A stretch of 64,000 nucleotides of DNA from Candidatus Magasanikiibacteriota bacterium (GCA_016182085.1 JACOYB010000005.1:66061-130060), one strand, 5' to 3'; shown: positions 39,694-48,198, numbered from the stretch's first letter. Numbers and translations: made by a program. The notes: generated from the letters alone by a model not told the origin.

Positions 39694-40557
39694 TTATAAT
39701 ACCAACCCTTCCCGATTCTCTTCTTCTTTTCTATTTAGAATATACACATCGGCATTGTATTCGTCATTTCCCACAAACTCGGCTTTTTTGTCTAGGATAG
39801 CTTCCATAGGGGCGCATGTGGAGCAGCCATCACCCGCGGCGCATTTGTACCGTTCCAACTGACGGGCCAATTTTACTTGTCTGGCCACATCCAAAATTCT
39901 TTTATGAGAAGTTTCCAAATCCGGCAGTTCTTTAGGCGAAAGCTGGTCACTGCTATCCAAATACCAATAGCTGGCGCGGCTGGCTTGGCGTTTTTGACAG
40001 TTTTGTACCAAGAGCCTATAAATCGGCAGCTGCAATGATTCGCCGTCTTCTTCGCTCTTGCCGGTTTTAAAATCTATAATATGCACGCTATCGGTATCGG
40101 GCAGATACTCCAGCCAATCTATCTTGCCGCATAAAATAATACTATCCTCTTCGGATAACCAAAATTGCGGCAGATCCATTTGGATTTTTACCGCTAACCC
40201 CGAAATTGGCCCGGGATTATTCATTACCCGTCGTATCATGTCTTGGCCACGAGTTTTGTATTTATATTCTGTTTCCGGGCTGGTAAAACCGCCCTTTTTG
40301 CCGGTTACTTTACCCCAGACCTTTTCAAATTTATCCATCAGCGAATCGGAAAATCTGGAATGCTTAGGTAGTACCGATAATGATTCCAATACTTCATGCA
40401 CGGCCGAACCCAACGCCAAAGCCGGGCTTACTAATTTTATTTTATGATTGGTTTTTGGGTCGCGGTATACGTTTTTTAAGTAATACGCGCGCGGACAGCG
40501 TAAAAAATCGCTTATGGAACTATGCGATACCCAGGTAGCAGTATATTTATCGGGCAT
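39694..40557 (-). CDS. PD-(D/E)xK nuclease family protein (RecB/Cas4-like, putative Fe-S)
   Basis: SHSSISDF.RCP, GSAVH, GKID, IDFKTG, QL.IY, C-terminal CxxxxxCxxC. Confidence 0.85.
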   Translation of the reverse strand: MPDKYTATWVSHSSISDFLRCPRAYYLKNVYRDPKTNHKIKLVSPALALGSAVHEVLESLSVLPKHSRFSDSLMDKFEKVWGKVTGKKGGFTSPETEYKYKTRGQDMIRRVMNNPGPISGLAVKIQMDLPQFWLSEEDSIILCGKIDWLEYLPDTDSVHIIDFKTGKSEEDGESLQLPIYRLLVQNCQKRQASRASYWYLDSSDQLSPKELPDLETSHKRILDVARQVKLARQLERYKCAAGDGCSTCAPMEAILDKKAEFVGNDEYNADVYILNRKEEENREGLVL

Positions 40558-40573
40558 AAGTTACAATTAAAAG

Positions 40574-40712
40574 TGTCATCCTGAATTTATTTGCAAGTTG
40601 AGTGAGAGAAAAGTAAATTTTTACTTTTCCGAACGAGCGAAGCAAATATGTTTTAACTATATTTCAGGATCCCCCTGATACCATAAGATCCCGAAACAAG
40701 TTCGGGATGACA
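40574..40712. repeat. TGTCAT...ATGACA double-hairpin palindromic element with nested 72-bp insertion
   Basis: TGTCATCCTGAATTTATTT[insert]CAGGATC...GATCCCGAAACAAGTTCGGGATGACA; insert 40593-40664 bounded by TATTT direct repeat. Confidence 0.75.
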
Positions 40713-40713
40713 G

Positions 40714-40881
40714 CTAGGAATCCAAGGCATCGGCTACAGCGTCTTCTTCGCTTTCGCCTTCATCAAGAAGCCGCACTGCTTTGGCTGCCTGCTCTTCATC
40801 TAAATTAAAATCACTCATCAGTTCGTCAACCGCGGCAGCGACATCTTCTACCGGTTTTTCTTCATCAATTTGATTTTGCAT
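40714..40881 (-). CDS. Small, very acidic hypothetical protein (55 aa)
   Basis: Hand translation MQNQIDEEKPVEDVAAAVDELMSDFNLDEEQAAKAVRLLDEGESEEDAVADALDS*. Confidence 0.7.
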   Translation of the reverse strand: MQNQIDEEKPVEDVAAAVDELMSDFNLDEEQAAKAVRLLDEGESEEDAVADALDS

Positions 40882-41117
40882 ATATTTTTATATTAATTAT
40901 TAAAATTAAAAATTTTTAGTTCGGACATATTCATTTTTTCCCCCATCTCCACTCCGGTTTTTCACCTGTATAATAGCAGATTATAATTAAAATTACAGTG
41001 GATAAAATAAACGGCTTACCAACCTTATCTTACCCGAAAAATAAATTCGTGGCAACATTGACTTTGCTCACTCAGAAGAGTCTGGTGGAACTTATGCAAG
41101 AAAAAGACAAAAAAATT

Positions 41118-41654
41118 TTAATTTAAAGTGAGCAGGCCTGATTTTTCTAAAATATCCTGCCATCTTTTCATTTGATTTTCAGTAAGCCAAGAAAAAACCG
41201 GAATAAATTCCTCTTCCGGCGCGCTTGCTTTATTCTGCTCTTCAATCATTTTTTCAATTACTTCATCAGTTAGCGCGCCATCGTTATTTACAGGATTAAT
41301 TTCGGAAATGGATTCCAACTCATTTTGCTGCATTTGTTTCTCTAAATTTCTAACTTTTATGGCTTTCTGAAACAACACTTTCATTCTGAAACCTTTATCT
41401 AAAATATAGCTATCAACCGCTTCGGCATATAATGATTCAAAATCTTTAATGTGTTCCAAATGTCTTTCTTTATATCCTTTTATCGAGCTTTCACTAATAG
41501 TTATCGCGTCTTCCTCTGAAACTGGAGGCAAACTTAATAACATCATATCCTTTTCTAGGGATTTTTCGCCATCTCTGCAGAATTCTTCAATAAGATTTCT
41601 TAACTGCTTAACTTCTTCAAATTTTTTCTCCATCTTATTTCTTTCGCCTTCCAT
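41118..41654 (-). CDS. Hypothetical protein (178 aa)
   Basis: Start MEGERNK (41654); the longer ORF-track call runs through tRNA genes. Confidence 0.65.
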   Translation of the reverse strand: MEGERNKMEKKFEEVKQLRNLIEEFCRDGEKSLEKDMMLLSLPPVSEEDAITISESSIKGYKERHLEHIKDFESLYAEAVDSYILDKGFRMKVLFQKAIKVRNLEKQMQQNELESISEINPVNNDGALTDEVIEKMIEEQNKASAPEEEFIPVFSWLTENQMKRWQDILEKSGLLTLN

Positions 41655-41680
41655 AAAAAAAATATTTACAGTTATACTAG

Positions 41681-41753
41681 AGCCGAGAATGGGGATCGAA
41701 CCCACGACCTGCGGTTTACGATACCGCTGCTCTACCAGCTGAGCTATCTCGGC
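41681..41753 (-). tRNA. tRNA-Thr(CGT)
   Basis: GCCGAGATAGCTCAGCTGGTAGAGCAGCGGTATCGTAAACCGCAGGTCGTGGGTTCGATCCCCATTCTCGGCT; complete cloverleaf; CCA not encoded. Confidence 0.95.
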
Positions 41754-41781
41754 GTAATTCCTTGAGCGGACGATGGGAATC

Positions 41782-41828
41782 CCCGCCCGCCATCGCAAGC
41801 TTGAGCTTGTTTAGGCGTTGCGGGCGGG
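41782..41828. repeat. 47-bp GC-rich hairpin insert in the T-loop of the interrupted tRNA
   Basis: Perfect 9-bp terminal IR CCCGCCCGC/GCGGGCGGG with inner CAAGC-TTGA-GCTTG hairpin; lies between TTC and GATT. Confidence 0.85.
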
Positions 41829-41848
41829 GAACCCACGACTCAACCTTG

Positions 41849-41960
41849 CCTGCCCGCCAGCGCTTCGTTTGAGCGAGTGAAGGGAATCGAACCCTCATCT
41901 CAACCTTGGGAAGGTTGCATACTGCCACTATACTACACTCGCGCAGGCGAAGCGGGCGGG
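41849..41960. repeat. Related hairpin insert in the anticodon loop, enclosing a complete tRNA
   Basis: Ends CCCGCCCGCTTCG...CGAAGCGCTGGCGGGCAGG (minus strand) flank tRNA-Gly(CCC). Confidence 0.8.
41872..41942 (-). tRNA. tRNA-Gly(CCC), intact, nested inside the interrupted tRNA
   Basis: GCGAGTGTAGTATAGTGGCAGTATGCAACCTTCCCAAGGTTGAGATGAGGGTTCGATTCCCTTCACTCGCT. Confidence 0.93.
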
Positions 41961-42003
41961 GGAGAAGGTCGCGTATTACCATTACACTACGCCCGCATGC
42001 ACA

Positions 42004-42032
42004 GAGGCTCTCCGATTAAAGCGGAGAGCCTC
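42004..42032. other. Perfect 11-bp hairpin just upstream of the tRNA cluster
   Basis: GAGGCTCTCCG-ATTAAAG-CGGAGAGCCTC; no U-tract on the minus strand. Confidence 0.6.
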
Positions 42033-42053
42033 CTTGAGCATTATTAAATTGTA

Positions 42054-43091
42054 TTATTCTGCCTGCGCATCCTGTTCGGCAAACGGATCATGTACCTTGA
42101 TATATAATTTAGGCTTGTTATTTTTAATAGTCTCATCAAGATAGCTAATCAAGTCTGGCAGTTTGAAAAATATATGGCTAGCCCGAAGCTGCTCCTCATT
42201 TTGAGTTTTTCCATTTTCATCTTTTACACTCTCGGTCTTACGATCATCAAGTTTAATAATATGGAAACCATAGATACTTTCTACCACTGTCGGGTATACT
42301 TCTCCTTTCTTGAGAGAGAAAACCGCTGTCTCAAATTCGGGAACCATTCTTCCTTTTCCAAACCAACCAAGATCTCCGCCGGTTCCTTTGGTGCTATCAC
42401 CATTGTACTGCTTGGCAAGCGCGGCAAAATCAGCGCCTTTTTTAACTTCTTCCAAAACCTCTTGCGCTTTTGCCTTCAAAGATTCCTTGACAGACGGATC
42501 TTCTTGCATCTTTTTAGCCAGTTTGCTCTGTAAAATAAACGGACGAATCACCTTTTGCTCATAATCGGCAAAGCTCCACCCATATCTTTTCATCAGTTCT
42601 TCTTCAAGCGCGGCTTCATCTTTAAACTGGGCGCGCATTTGATCTTTAAGATTATTAACGTCTTGTTCTTCAACGCTAACTTCGTATTGTTTGGCCGCTT
42701 CTTCAACCAACAAGTTATTTATCAAACGCCACAACACCTGATCGCTCATCTGATCTTCAGTAAGATCTGCTCCCGGACTTCGTTCCAGCGGAACCCCATT
42801 TGCTCGTTGGGTCACATCATAATCTCGCATCGCTCGAATAGCTTTTAAATCTTCGCTATATCTAACATAGGAAATTGTATCATCGCCAACTTTTACAGCC
42901 GGTAAGCGCAGCGTCTTGGCTACAGCCAAAGTGAACTTATCAGAAGCTGCTTTGGCATATACCCGATAGACTCCAAAACCTACCGTACCGACAAGAAGCA
43001 AAGCTGCGGCTCCCAATACAATAAAAAGCTTTGGGGATGCCATTTTGACTGAATTTGTATTTTTCTCTCCAGCCGCATTTATTTCTGACAT
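42054..43091 (-). CDS. PpiC-type peptidyl-prolyl isomerase (PrsA/SurA-like foldase)
   Basis: N-terminal TM, SurA_N-like domain, GGDLGWF, MVPEFE, YGFHIIK. Confidence 0.92.
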   Translation of the reverse strand: MSEINAAGEKNTNSVKMASPKLFIVLGAAALLLVGTVGFGVYRVYAKAASDKFTLAVAKTLRLPAVKVGDDTISYVRYSEDLKAIRAMRDYDVTQRANGVPLERSPGADLTEDQMSDQVLWRLINNLLVEEAAKQYEVSVEEQDVNNLKDQMRAQFKDEAALEEELMKRYGWSFADYEQKVIRPFILQSKLAKKMQEDPSVKESLKAKAQEVLEEVKKGADFAALAKQYNGDSTKGTGGDLGWFGKGRMVPEFETAVFSLKKGEVYPTVVESIYGFHIIKLDDRKTESVKDENGKTQNEEQLRASHIFFKLPDLISYLDETIKNNKPKLYIKVHDPFAEQDAQAE

Positions 43092-43112
43092 ATGTAATAA
43101 TTTACTTTTTAA

Positions 43113-43505
43113 TTAATTGAAAAAATACTTATACCATTTCTTGTAATTGGAAACGTTATCCCATTTTAACACAGCCGTATTCTCTTGTCTATTCTCTGCG
43201 CCTACCTCTTGCGGCACTACCACTACATGTTCGCCAGGCTTTGCCAGATTAAGCTCTGTACGCGCCTTTTCTTCGGCAAAACTATCGGATTGTACATATT
43301 TAAGCACGCCTAAGAGCTCCATTTTTTTAGATTCTAATTTTTCTGTCTGTTCTTCTAAATAGGCTATTTCCTGGCGCACCAAATAATCCTGATAGTAAGC
43401 GCGGGCATATTCAAACGTTACCATCACTGCCACGATAGCCACAATCAAGACAAATAGTTTTGACTTGAAGAAATGTTTCCAACCATCTTCTCTTACGGAA
43501 GGCAT
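43113..43505 (-). CDS. Septum formation initiator (FtsB/DivIC family)
   Basis: TM plus coiled coil plus EEKARTELNLAKPGE. Confidence 0.85.
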   Translation of the reverse strand: MPSVREDGWKHFFKSKLFVLIVAIVAVMVTFEYARAYYQDYLVRQEIAYLEEQTEKLESKKMELLGVLKYVQSDSFAEEKARTELNLAKPGEHVVVVPQEVGAENRQENTAVLKWDNVSNYKKWYKYFFN

Positions 43506-43542
43506 ATTTCTTAAAAATCTAACGATTAGGATTTATATTATA

Positions 43543-44178
43543 TCACTTACTATTTTGAGCATTCAAATTAGGCTCAAGCTGTTCATTTATCAGTCTTTTT
43601 ACTTCTTGTAAATCACCATCCGGCAGACTCGGGATTATTCTAATGAAATTATTATAAATCACCCGGCTGTTTGATACTTTAATATCTTGTTTGTACTGCT
43701 GACTGACGTCCGAAAGCAGGTTTTGGATCTGCGCCGGATTATGAATATGAAAAATTTCCAAAGCAAAATTTTCACTTTTTGTAATAATGGACACGCCGCC
43801 TACATTAAACAAACTTTGCCAAATCCCTTTTTTTCTTATGGCTATATCTTTAATATCCAAATAATTAACCGAGGAAATAATTTCATCAAACCAGCCTAAG
43901 CGATGAATATCTACGGCTCGGGAACTGGTAACTACCAGCATATTGCCCCGATTTTTAAGCAGGGCGCTTAAGATAAAATAAAAACCAAGCAACATGCCCA
44001 CGACATAAATGACATCTCCCCACCAACTGTAAAAAAATAAACGGAACATGAAAAAGGAACTGGCGAGCAAAAACGCCCCGCCTAGCATGTATTTCCATAC
44101 ATAGGCAAGTACATACGGCCGCACAACCATAATGATTTTTTCCTCGTCTTTGAGATTTATTTTTTTGGCGAGTGACAT
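43543..44178 (-). CDS. Membrane protein with bacterial PH domain
   Basis: Two TMs then VVTSSR..DI...G.F...I.DI...G pattern. Confidence 0.7.
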   Translation of the reverse strand: MSLAKKINLKDEEKIIMVVRPYVLAYVWKYMLGGAFLLASSFFMFRLFFYSWWGDVIYVVGMLLGFYFILSALLKNRGNMLVVTSSRAVDIHRLGWFDEIISSVNYLDIKDIAIRKKGIWQSLFNVGGVSIITKSENFALEIFHIHNPAQIQNLLSDVSQQYKQDIKVSNSRVIYNNFIRIIPSLPDGDLQEVKRLINEQLEPNLNAQNSK

Positions 44179-44179
44179 A

Positions 44180-45475
44180 TTATTTTTTAACCTCTAAAAG
44201 TATTTCTCGCGCTACTTTACGATCATCCCAAGGGATTTTCTTACCGCCCGCAATCCCAATAAATGGCTCCGTGCCTTTAGCTGTAATCACAACCACATCG
44301 CCCGCCCTAGCCAAAGAAATTGCCTTGGCGATTCCATTTCGCCTATCTACCTCAATAAATAAATTTTCATTATCTTTTTTGCCTGCTTCGCGCGCCCCCT
44401 TGGCCAGCATTTCCGCTATTTCATGAGGGTCTTCGTCATAACAATTTACGTCTGTTACTACCACATAATCCGTGAGTCGTCCGGCAATCTCACCCATTTT
44501 CTCTCTTTTGCCCTTGTCGCGGCCGCCGCCATCGGATCCGACTACGGAAATAACTTTTTTATCCGGCCCAACCATTTGGCGTAAACTTTTAAATAATTCT
44601 GTTAAACTCATGGGTTCATGCGCATAATCTACAATTACTTTAAAATCTTGGCCCGCCTCTACCATTTCCATGCGTCCCTCAACTAACTTTACACTGCTAA
44701 GCCCTGCCGATATTTTGTCTAAAGAAATATTTTGCGACTTAGCTACAGCTACAGCTGCCAAGGCATTATACACATTAAACTCTCCTAAAATATTTAATCT
44801 ATACGTAGCGCCTTCAGCTTCAAAATCTACACCACTATTATCAGACGATACAATACGACCAGCCACATTTGGAACTTGCGGTCTTGTGTTTGTTTCTTTT
44901 ATGCTAAAAGTAAATTTTTTATCAGCTGCAAATTGCAGATAATAATCGGCATTTTTATCATCAATACTCGCCACAATGACTTTTGGCACTTTCTGCCCGC
45001 CTAACACTTTGTTTTTTGTTTTCGTGAGCTCGGCAAAAATCTTACCTTTATCTCTTTTTAAATTTTCAAATCCGCCATGACGTTCGTGATGTTCGGTGCC
45101 TAGGTTGGTAAATACCACGACATCGTAGAGCAAGCCAAAATGGCGATACTGCAAAATACCTTCGGAAGATGTCTCCACCACCACATATTTGCACTCAGCT
45201 TCCACCATTTGTTTTAACATGCTCTGAATCTGCCCGCGGCCAAGCATGGTCATTTTCTTATCATTAAGCCAGCGTTTTTCTCCAATTTGAAATTCAACGG
45301 TACTTAGCAGACCAACTTTAAAACCACCCGCTTCCAAAGCCGAAGCTATAAGGCGGCAGGTCGTAGTCTTGCCTTTTGTGCCCGTGACACCCACGACAAT
45401 TAATTTGCGAGCCGGGCGTCCATAACGCCAATACGCAAGCCAGGCCAGAAACAAATGTATAAATTTTTTTAACAT
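44180..45475 (-). CDS. murE: UDP-MurNAc-tripeptide synthetase (MurE-type Mur ligase)
   Basis: GVTGTKGKTTT, VETSS, FTN, GRME, VDYAH, GRDKGKR motifs. Confidence 0.88.
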   Translation of the reverse strand: MLKKFIHLFLAWLAYWRYGRPARKLIVVGVTGTKGKTTTCRLIASALEAGGFKVGLLSTVEFQIGEKRWLNDKKMTMLGRGQIQSMLKQMVEAECKYVVVETSSEGILQYRHFGLLYDVVVFTNLGTEHHERHGGFENLKRDKGKIFAELTKTKNKVLGGQKVPKVIVASIDDKNADYYLQFAADKKFTFSIKETNTRPQVPNVAGRIVSSDNSGVDFEAEGATYRLNILGEFNVYNALAAVAVAKSQNISLDKISAGLSSVKLVEGRMEMVEAGQDFKVIVDYAHEPMSLTELFKSLRQMVGPDKKVISVVGSDGGGRDKGKREKMGEIAGRLTDYVVVTDVNCYDEDPHEIAEMLAKGAREAGKKDNENLFIEVDRRNGIAKAISLARAGDVVVITAKGTEPFIGIAGGKKIPWDDRKVAREILLEVKK

Positions 45476-45482
45476 AACAAAA

Positions 45483-46058
45483 CTATTGTCTCAAACTGAC
45501 TTCATATAAAACCTGCTCCAATTTATGCAGAGCTTGTTTAGCTTGATCAAATTTCTGGCGGTTATAACCGGTTAAATTCATATCAACGAGTTCGCCAATA
45601 ATTTCGTCGGCCGCAGCTCGGCATCTTTTTACTTCTTCAAACTTTTTTTCCGTAGCCGATTTTATGGCATAACGCAAAAGTTCTCCGGGCACATCGCACA
45701 AACCGCCAACAAAAATATCCGTGTCTATCTTGATTTTGGGCAACTTGCCGATAGTTTTCTTCTGCAGATAGCGATTAAACAAAGACGCTTCCACAAACTC
45801 TTCCAAGGCTGCTTTATACGATCCTTCCTCAAAAATTCCCGGCTCTTTCTTATGTTTAATGTTTAAATCCACAATAATTTTTTCCGCCTGAGATAAAAGC
45901 TGCTGAGCTTCACCGGCATCATCTCTTTGCATGGCAAAAATCGCTTTCTTGGAAAGAAACTGCGCCTGGCTGGATTCTTTTATTACTTCCTGCCGCTTAG
46001 CCGCATAGCCCAACAATTCTTGCCGCACTTCGTTAAAATATTTTTTGTCTAGTGTCAT
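45483..46058 (-). CDS. Translin/TRAX (C3PO) family protein
   Basis: All-helical; SKKAIF, EEFVEA (ExxE) and GLCDVPGEL (DxxGE) motifs. Confidence 0.85.
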   Translation of the reverse strand: MTLDKKYFNEVRQELLGYAAKRQEVIKESSQAQFLSKKAIFAMQRDDAGEAQQLLSQAEKIIVDLNIKHKKEPGIFEEGSYKAALEEFVEASLFNRYLQKKTIGKLPKIKIDTDIFVGGLCDVPGELLRYAIKSATEKKFEEVKRCRAAADEIIGELVDMNLTGYNRQKFDQAKQALHKLEQVLYEVSLRQ

Positions 46059-46074
46059 AAAAATCTTAATTTTT

Positions 46075-46148
46075 TGTCATTTCCAACTTGATTGGAAATC
46101 CAGCGCCCAAACAAATTGTCTGGATTCCCGCTTGCGGCGGGAATGACA
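46075..46148. repeat. TGTCAT...ATGACA double-hairpin palindromic element
   Basis: TGTCATTTCCAAC..TTGGAAATCCAG...CTGGATTCCCGC..GCGGGAATGACA. Confidence 0.8.
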
Positions 46149-46153
46149 GTGAA

Positions 46154-47155
46154 TTATTCTTTTTCTAAATTTTTTATATAATCAGGTATTTCGCGTTCGC
46201 CTTTGCTCTCTAACCAATACCACCACTCGGCCCCCCATAAGTACGCGCGCGGCATGCCGGTCTTATCGGCAAATCGTATATTTTTCTTCAATCTCTCCAA
46301 ATTCATTGACTTAAACTGTTCATCTACCGACGCGTCCGCTAATTTTTTATCCGGAATCCAAGGTTCAGCTTGAAGTTCGGTAATGTAAGCAGCATTTATA
46401 TCACGGCCATTTAACCATAATTTTGCTTTGTAAACAAACGCCGGCATAATCCAATCATAACTAAAATATCCCAAAGTTTGGTTCCAAACTACTCTATACA
46501 TGGTAGTGCCAAAAAGATCCGCGGCCTTGGCTGTATGTCTCCACAGGCTTAACTCGCCGCTGTCAGTCACGATAACTGGATGGTTTGGATCTAAACTTTT
46601 TACCAAACCAACTTCTTGTTTCAGGTCCTCATCAGACATTGGCATACAGTCGCCAAAACGAAGAAATGGCTCATTTTCTACTTGCCAAACTTCTAAAGCC
46701 GGGTGATTTTTATACTTCTTTATAACCGCCCTCATAAAATTTTCCAACTCTGGTTTGTATAGTGCCGCACTGGCAGAATCAACCCAACTTGGATCATGAC
46801 ATTCGGGCCAGCGCGGTGTTTTGTGGCCTATGGCCAAGACTACTTTTGCATTTTTTTTCGCGCTCTGGTCCATCATCCAATCTAAGTCGCGAAAATCATA
46901 ATCACCTTTCGTTCTTTCTATTAAATTCCATTGCGCCGATAAACGAATATGTTTAAAATTCCAATCTTGCAAAATTTTACTAAAAACAACCCTCGGATCA
47001 AAACCAAGATATTGCGCGTACTCGGTATTAAAACTGACTCCATAAATCATAGTGCCACTTCTTTTAAAATTTTTTATCTTAACAACTAAGAAAACGAGAC
47101 CGAGCGCAAGTGCTATATAAACTATAATTACCAGAATTAATTTTGACCGATTCAT
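46154..47155 (-). CDS. Membrane-anchored glycoside hydrolase, GH-A clan (GH42/GH5-like)
   Basis: WQVENEP acid/base and ITELQAEPW nucleophile motifs; start MNRSK. Confidence 0.8.
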   Translation of the reverse strand: MNRSKLILVIIVYIALALGLVFLVVKIKNFKRSGTMIYGVSFNTEYAQYLGFDPRVVFSKILQDWNFKHIRLSAQWNLIERTKGDYDFRDLDWMMDQSAKKNAKVVLAIGHKTPRWPECHDPSWVDSASAALYKPELENFMRAVIKKYKNHPALEVWQVENEPFLRFGDCMPMSDEDLKQEVGLVKSLDPNHPVIVTDSGELSLWRHTAKAADLFGTTMYRVVWNQTLGYFSYDWIMPAFVYKAKLWLNGRDINAAYITELQAEPWIPDKKLADASVDEQFKSMNLERLKKNIRFADKTGMPRAYLWGAEWWYWLESKGEREIPDYIKNLEKE

Positions 47156-47156
47156 A

Positions 47157-48074
47157 TTATGAAAGCACAAGCAACAATAAACCAAACGCAATAATAATTA
47201 TGGCCGCCGCCTTATGTATTACCTGCCGCCTGGTGAAAGTTTCTTTTAGAATAAATGGAAAGAATTTTGAAATAATAGCTACAAAAATAATAAGCAGAGC
47301 ATACTGCACCCCCGACATGGCGTTAACAAGCGATACGCTGCCAAGCGACATGGCATATTGCAATAAAATTGTAGCCACCACGCCCAAACCAACTCCCAAA
47401 CCAACAAACAATACTTGTTTCTTTTTCGGCATCTTTTCCGGGAGCGCATCTGGTTTTTTAATAAATAACGCGCGCACATCCGCGTTTAAGAGCAGCAGTG
47501 AAGCGGCAAAAATTCCGATGGGCAATTTTGTCCAAACAAAACCGCTAATAAAACCGTAGCTGTCAAAGGCATACTTGGAAGCAACGTGAGAAATAGCAAA
47601 CAAGAGTCCGGATAGTACAGCCCACCCCAAACCATCATGCCACATACCGGATGTTTGTTTTTTCTCAAACGAAATAATGAGGGAACCAAGAATTAAAAAT
47701 CCAGCGCCAATTAACGATTGCCCGGTTAATTGTTCGTATAAAAAAATCCGGCTGAGGAATAAAATAAAAAAAGGAGCTACGGCGCCGATAAGCGGACTGG
47801 CACGGCTTACTTCGCTTTCTTGGATCGCGTTATACATGGCCCATAAGGCAAAGAAGAAACATCCTCCGGAAATAATAAATATTAAATAATCGGTCCAGAC
47901 AGAGGGCATATAGACAAACCCAAACGGCAGGACAAGAAAAAATGCCAGGATAAAAATAGTGGAGTAAAAAACGAAAACAACCGGTTTGGAAACCGTTTTG
48001 GTAAGGATAAATTTATCGGTAACGCCCACGGCGGCCAAAACAGCATTCCCTAGTAGGGCTACAAGTATTGACAT
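47157..48074 (-). CDS. EamA/DMT family transporter
   Basis: Ten TM segments in two repeats; start MSILV. Confidence 0.8.
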   Translation of the reverse strand: MSILVALLGNAVLAAVGVTDKFILTKTVSKPVVFVFYSTIFILAFFLVLPFGFVYMPSVWTDYLIFIISGGCFFFALWAMYNAIQESEVSRASPLIGAVAPFFILFLSRIFLYEQLTGQSLIGAGFLILGSLIISFEKKQTSGMWHDGLGWAVLSGLLFAISHVASKYAFDSYGFISGFVWTKLPIGIFAASLLLLNADVRALFIKKPDALPEKMPKKKQVLFVGLGVGLGVVATILLQYAMSLGSVSLVNAMSGVQYALLIIFVAIISKFFPFILKETFTRRQVIHKAAAIIIIAFGLLLLVLS

Positions 48075-48198
48075 ATATTGATTTAATAATTTTAACATTA
48101 AACCGCGCAAAGGGCAATTAAATTACGCGCTTGACAGAGCGCCCTAGTATGTTACAAATACAGTATCGCTTCCGCAGTATGGAAGCTGGAGGGGAACC

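Larger units (their letters stand above)
41765..41996 (-). tRNA. Interrupted tRNA-Gly-type gene in three segments (41996-~41963, 41848-41829, 41781-41765); pseudogene or processed
   Basis: Joined segments give a 71-nt cloverleaf with all four stems paired and discriminator T; anticodon loop ambiguous. Confidence 0.75.

Noticed and set aside
39694-40557. Cas4 of a CRISPR-Cas system
   Set aside because: Solo PD-(D/E)xK nuclease with no cas1/cas2 or array in the window.
41849-41962. Group I/II intron or canonical bulge-helix-bulge intron in tRNA
   Set aside because: Too short and mostly occupied by a tRNA; no catalytic core or convincing BHB motif visible.
41449-41982. ORFs 41716-41982, 41449-41742 and the extension of 41118-41798
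   Set aside because: They overlap tRNA genes and are spurious translations.
41765-41996. UGA-reading tRNA-Gly(TCA) / genetic code 25
   Set aside because: No junction places TCA at the anticodon position, and TGA terminates genes here (e.g. SDR at 7346).
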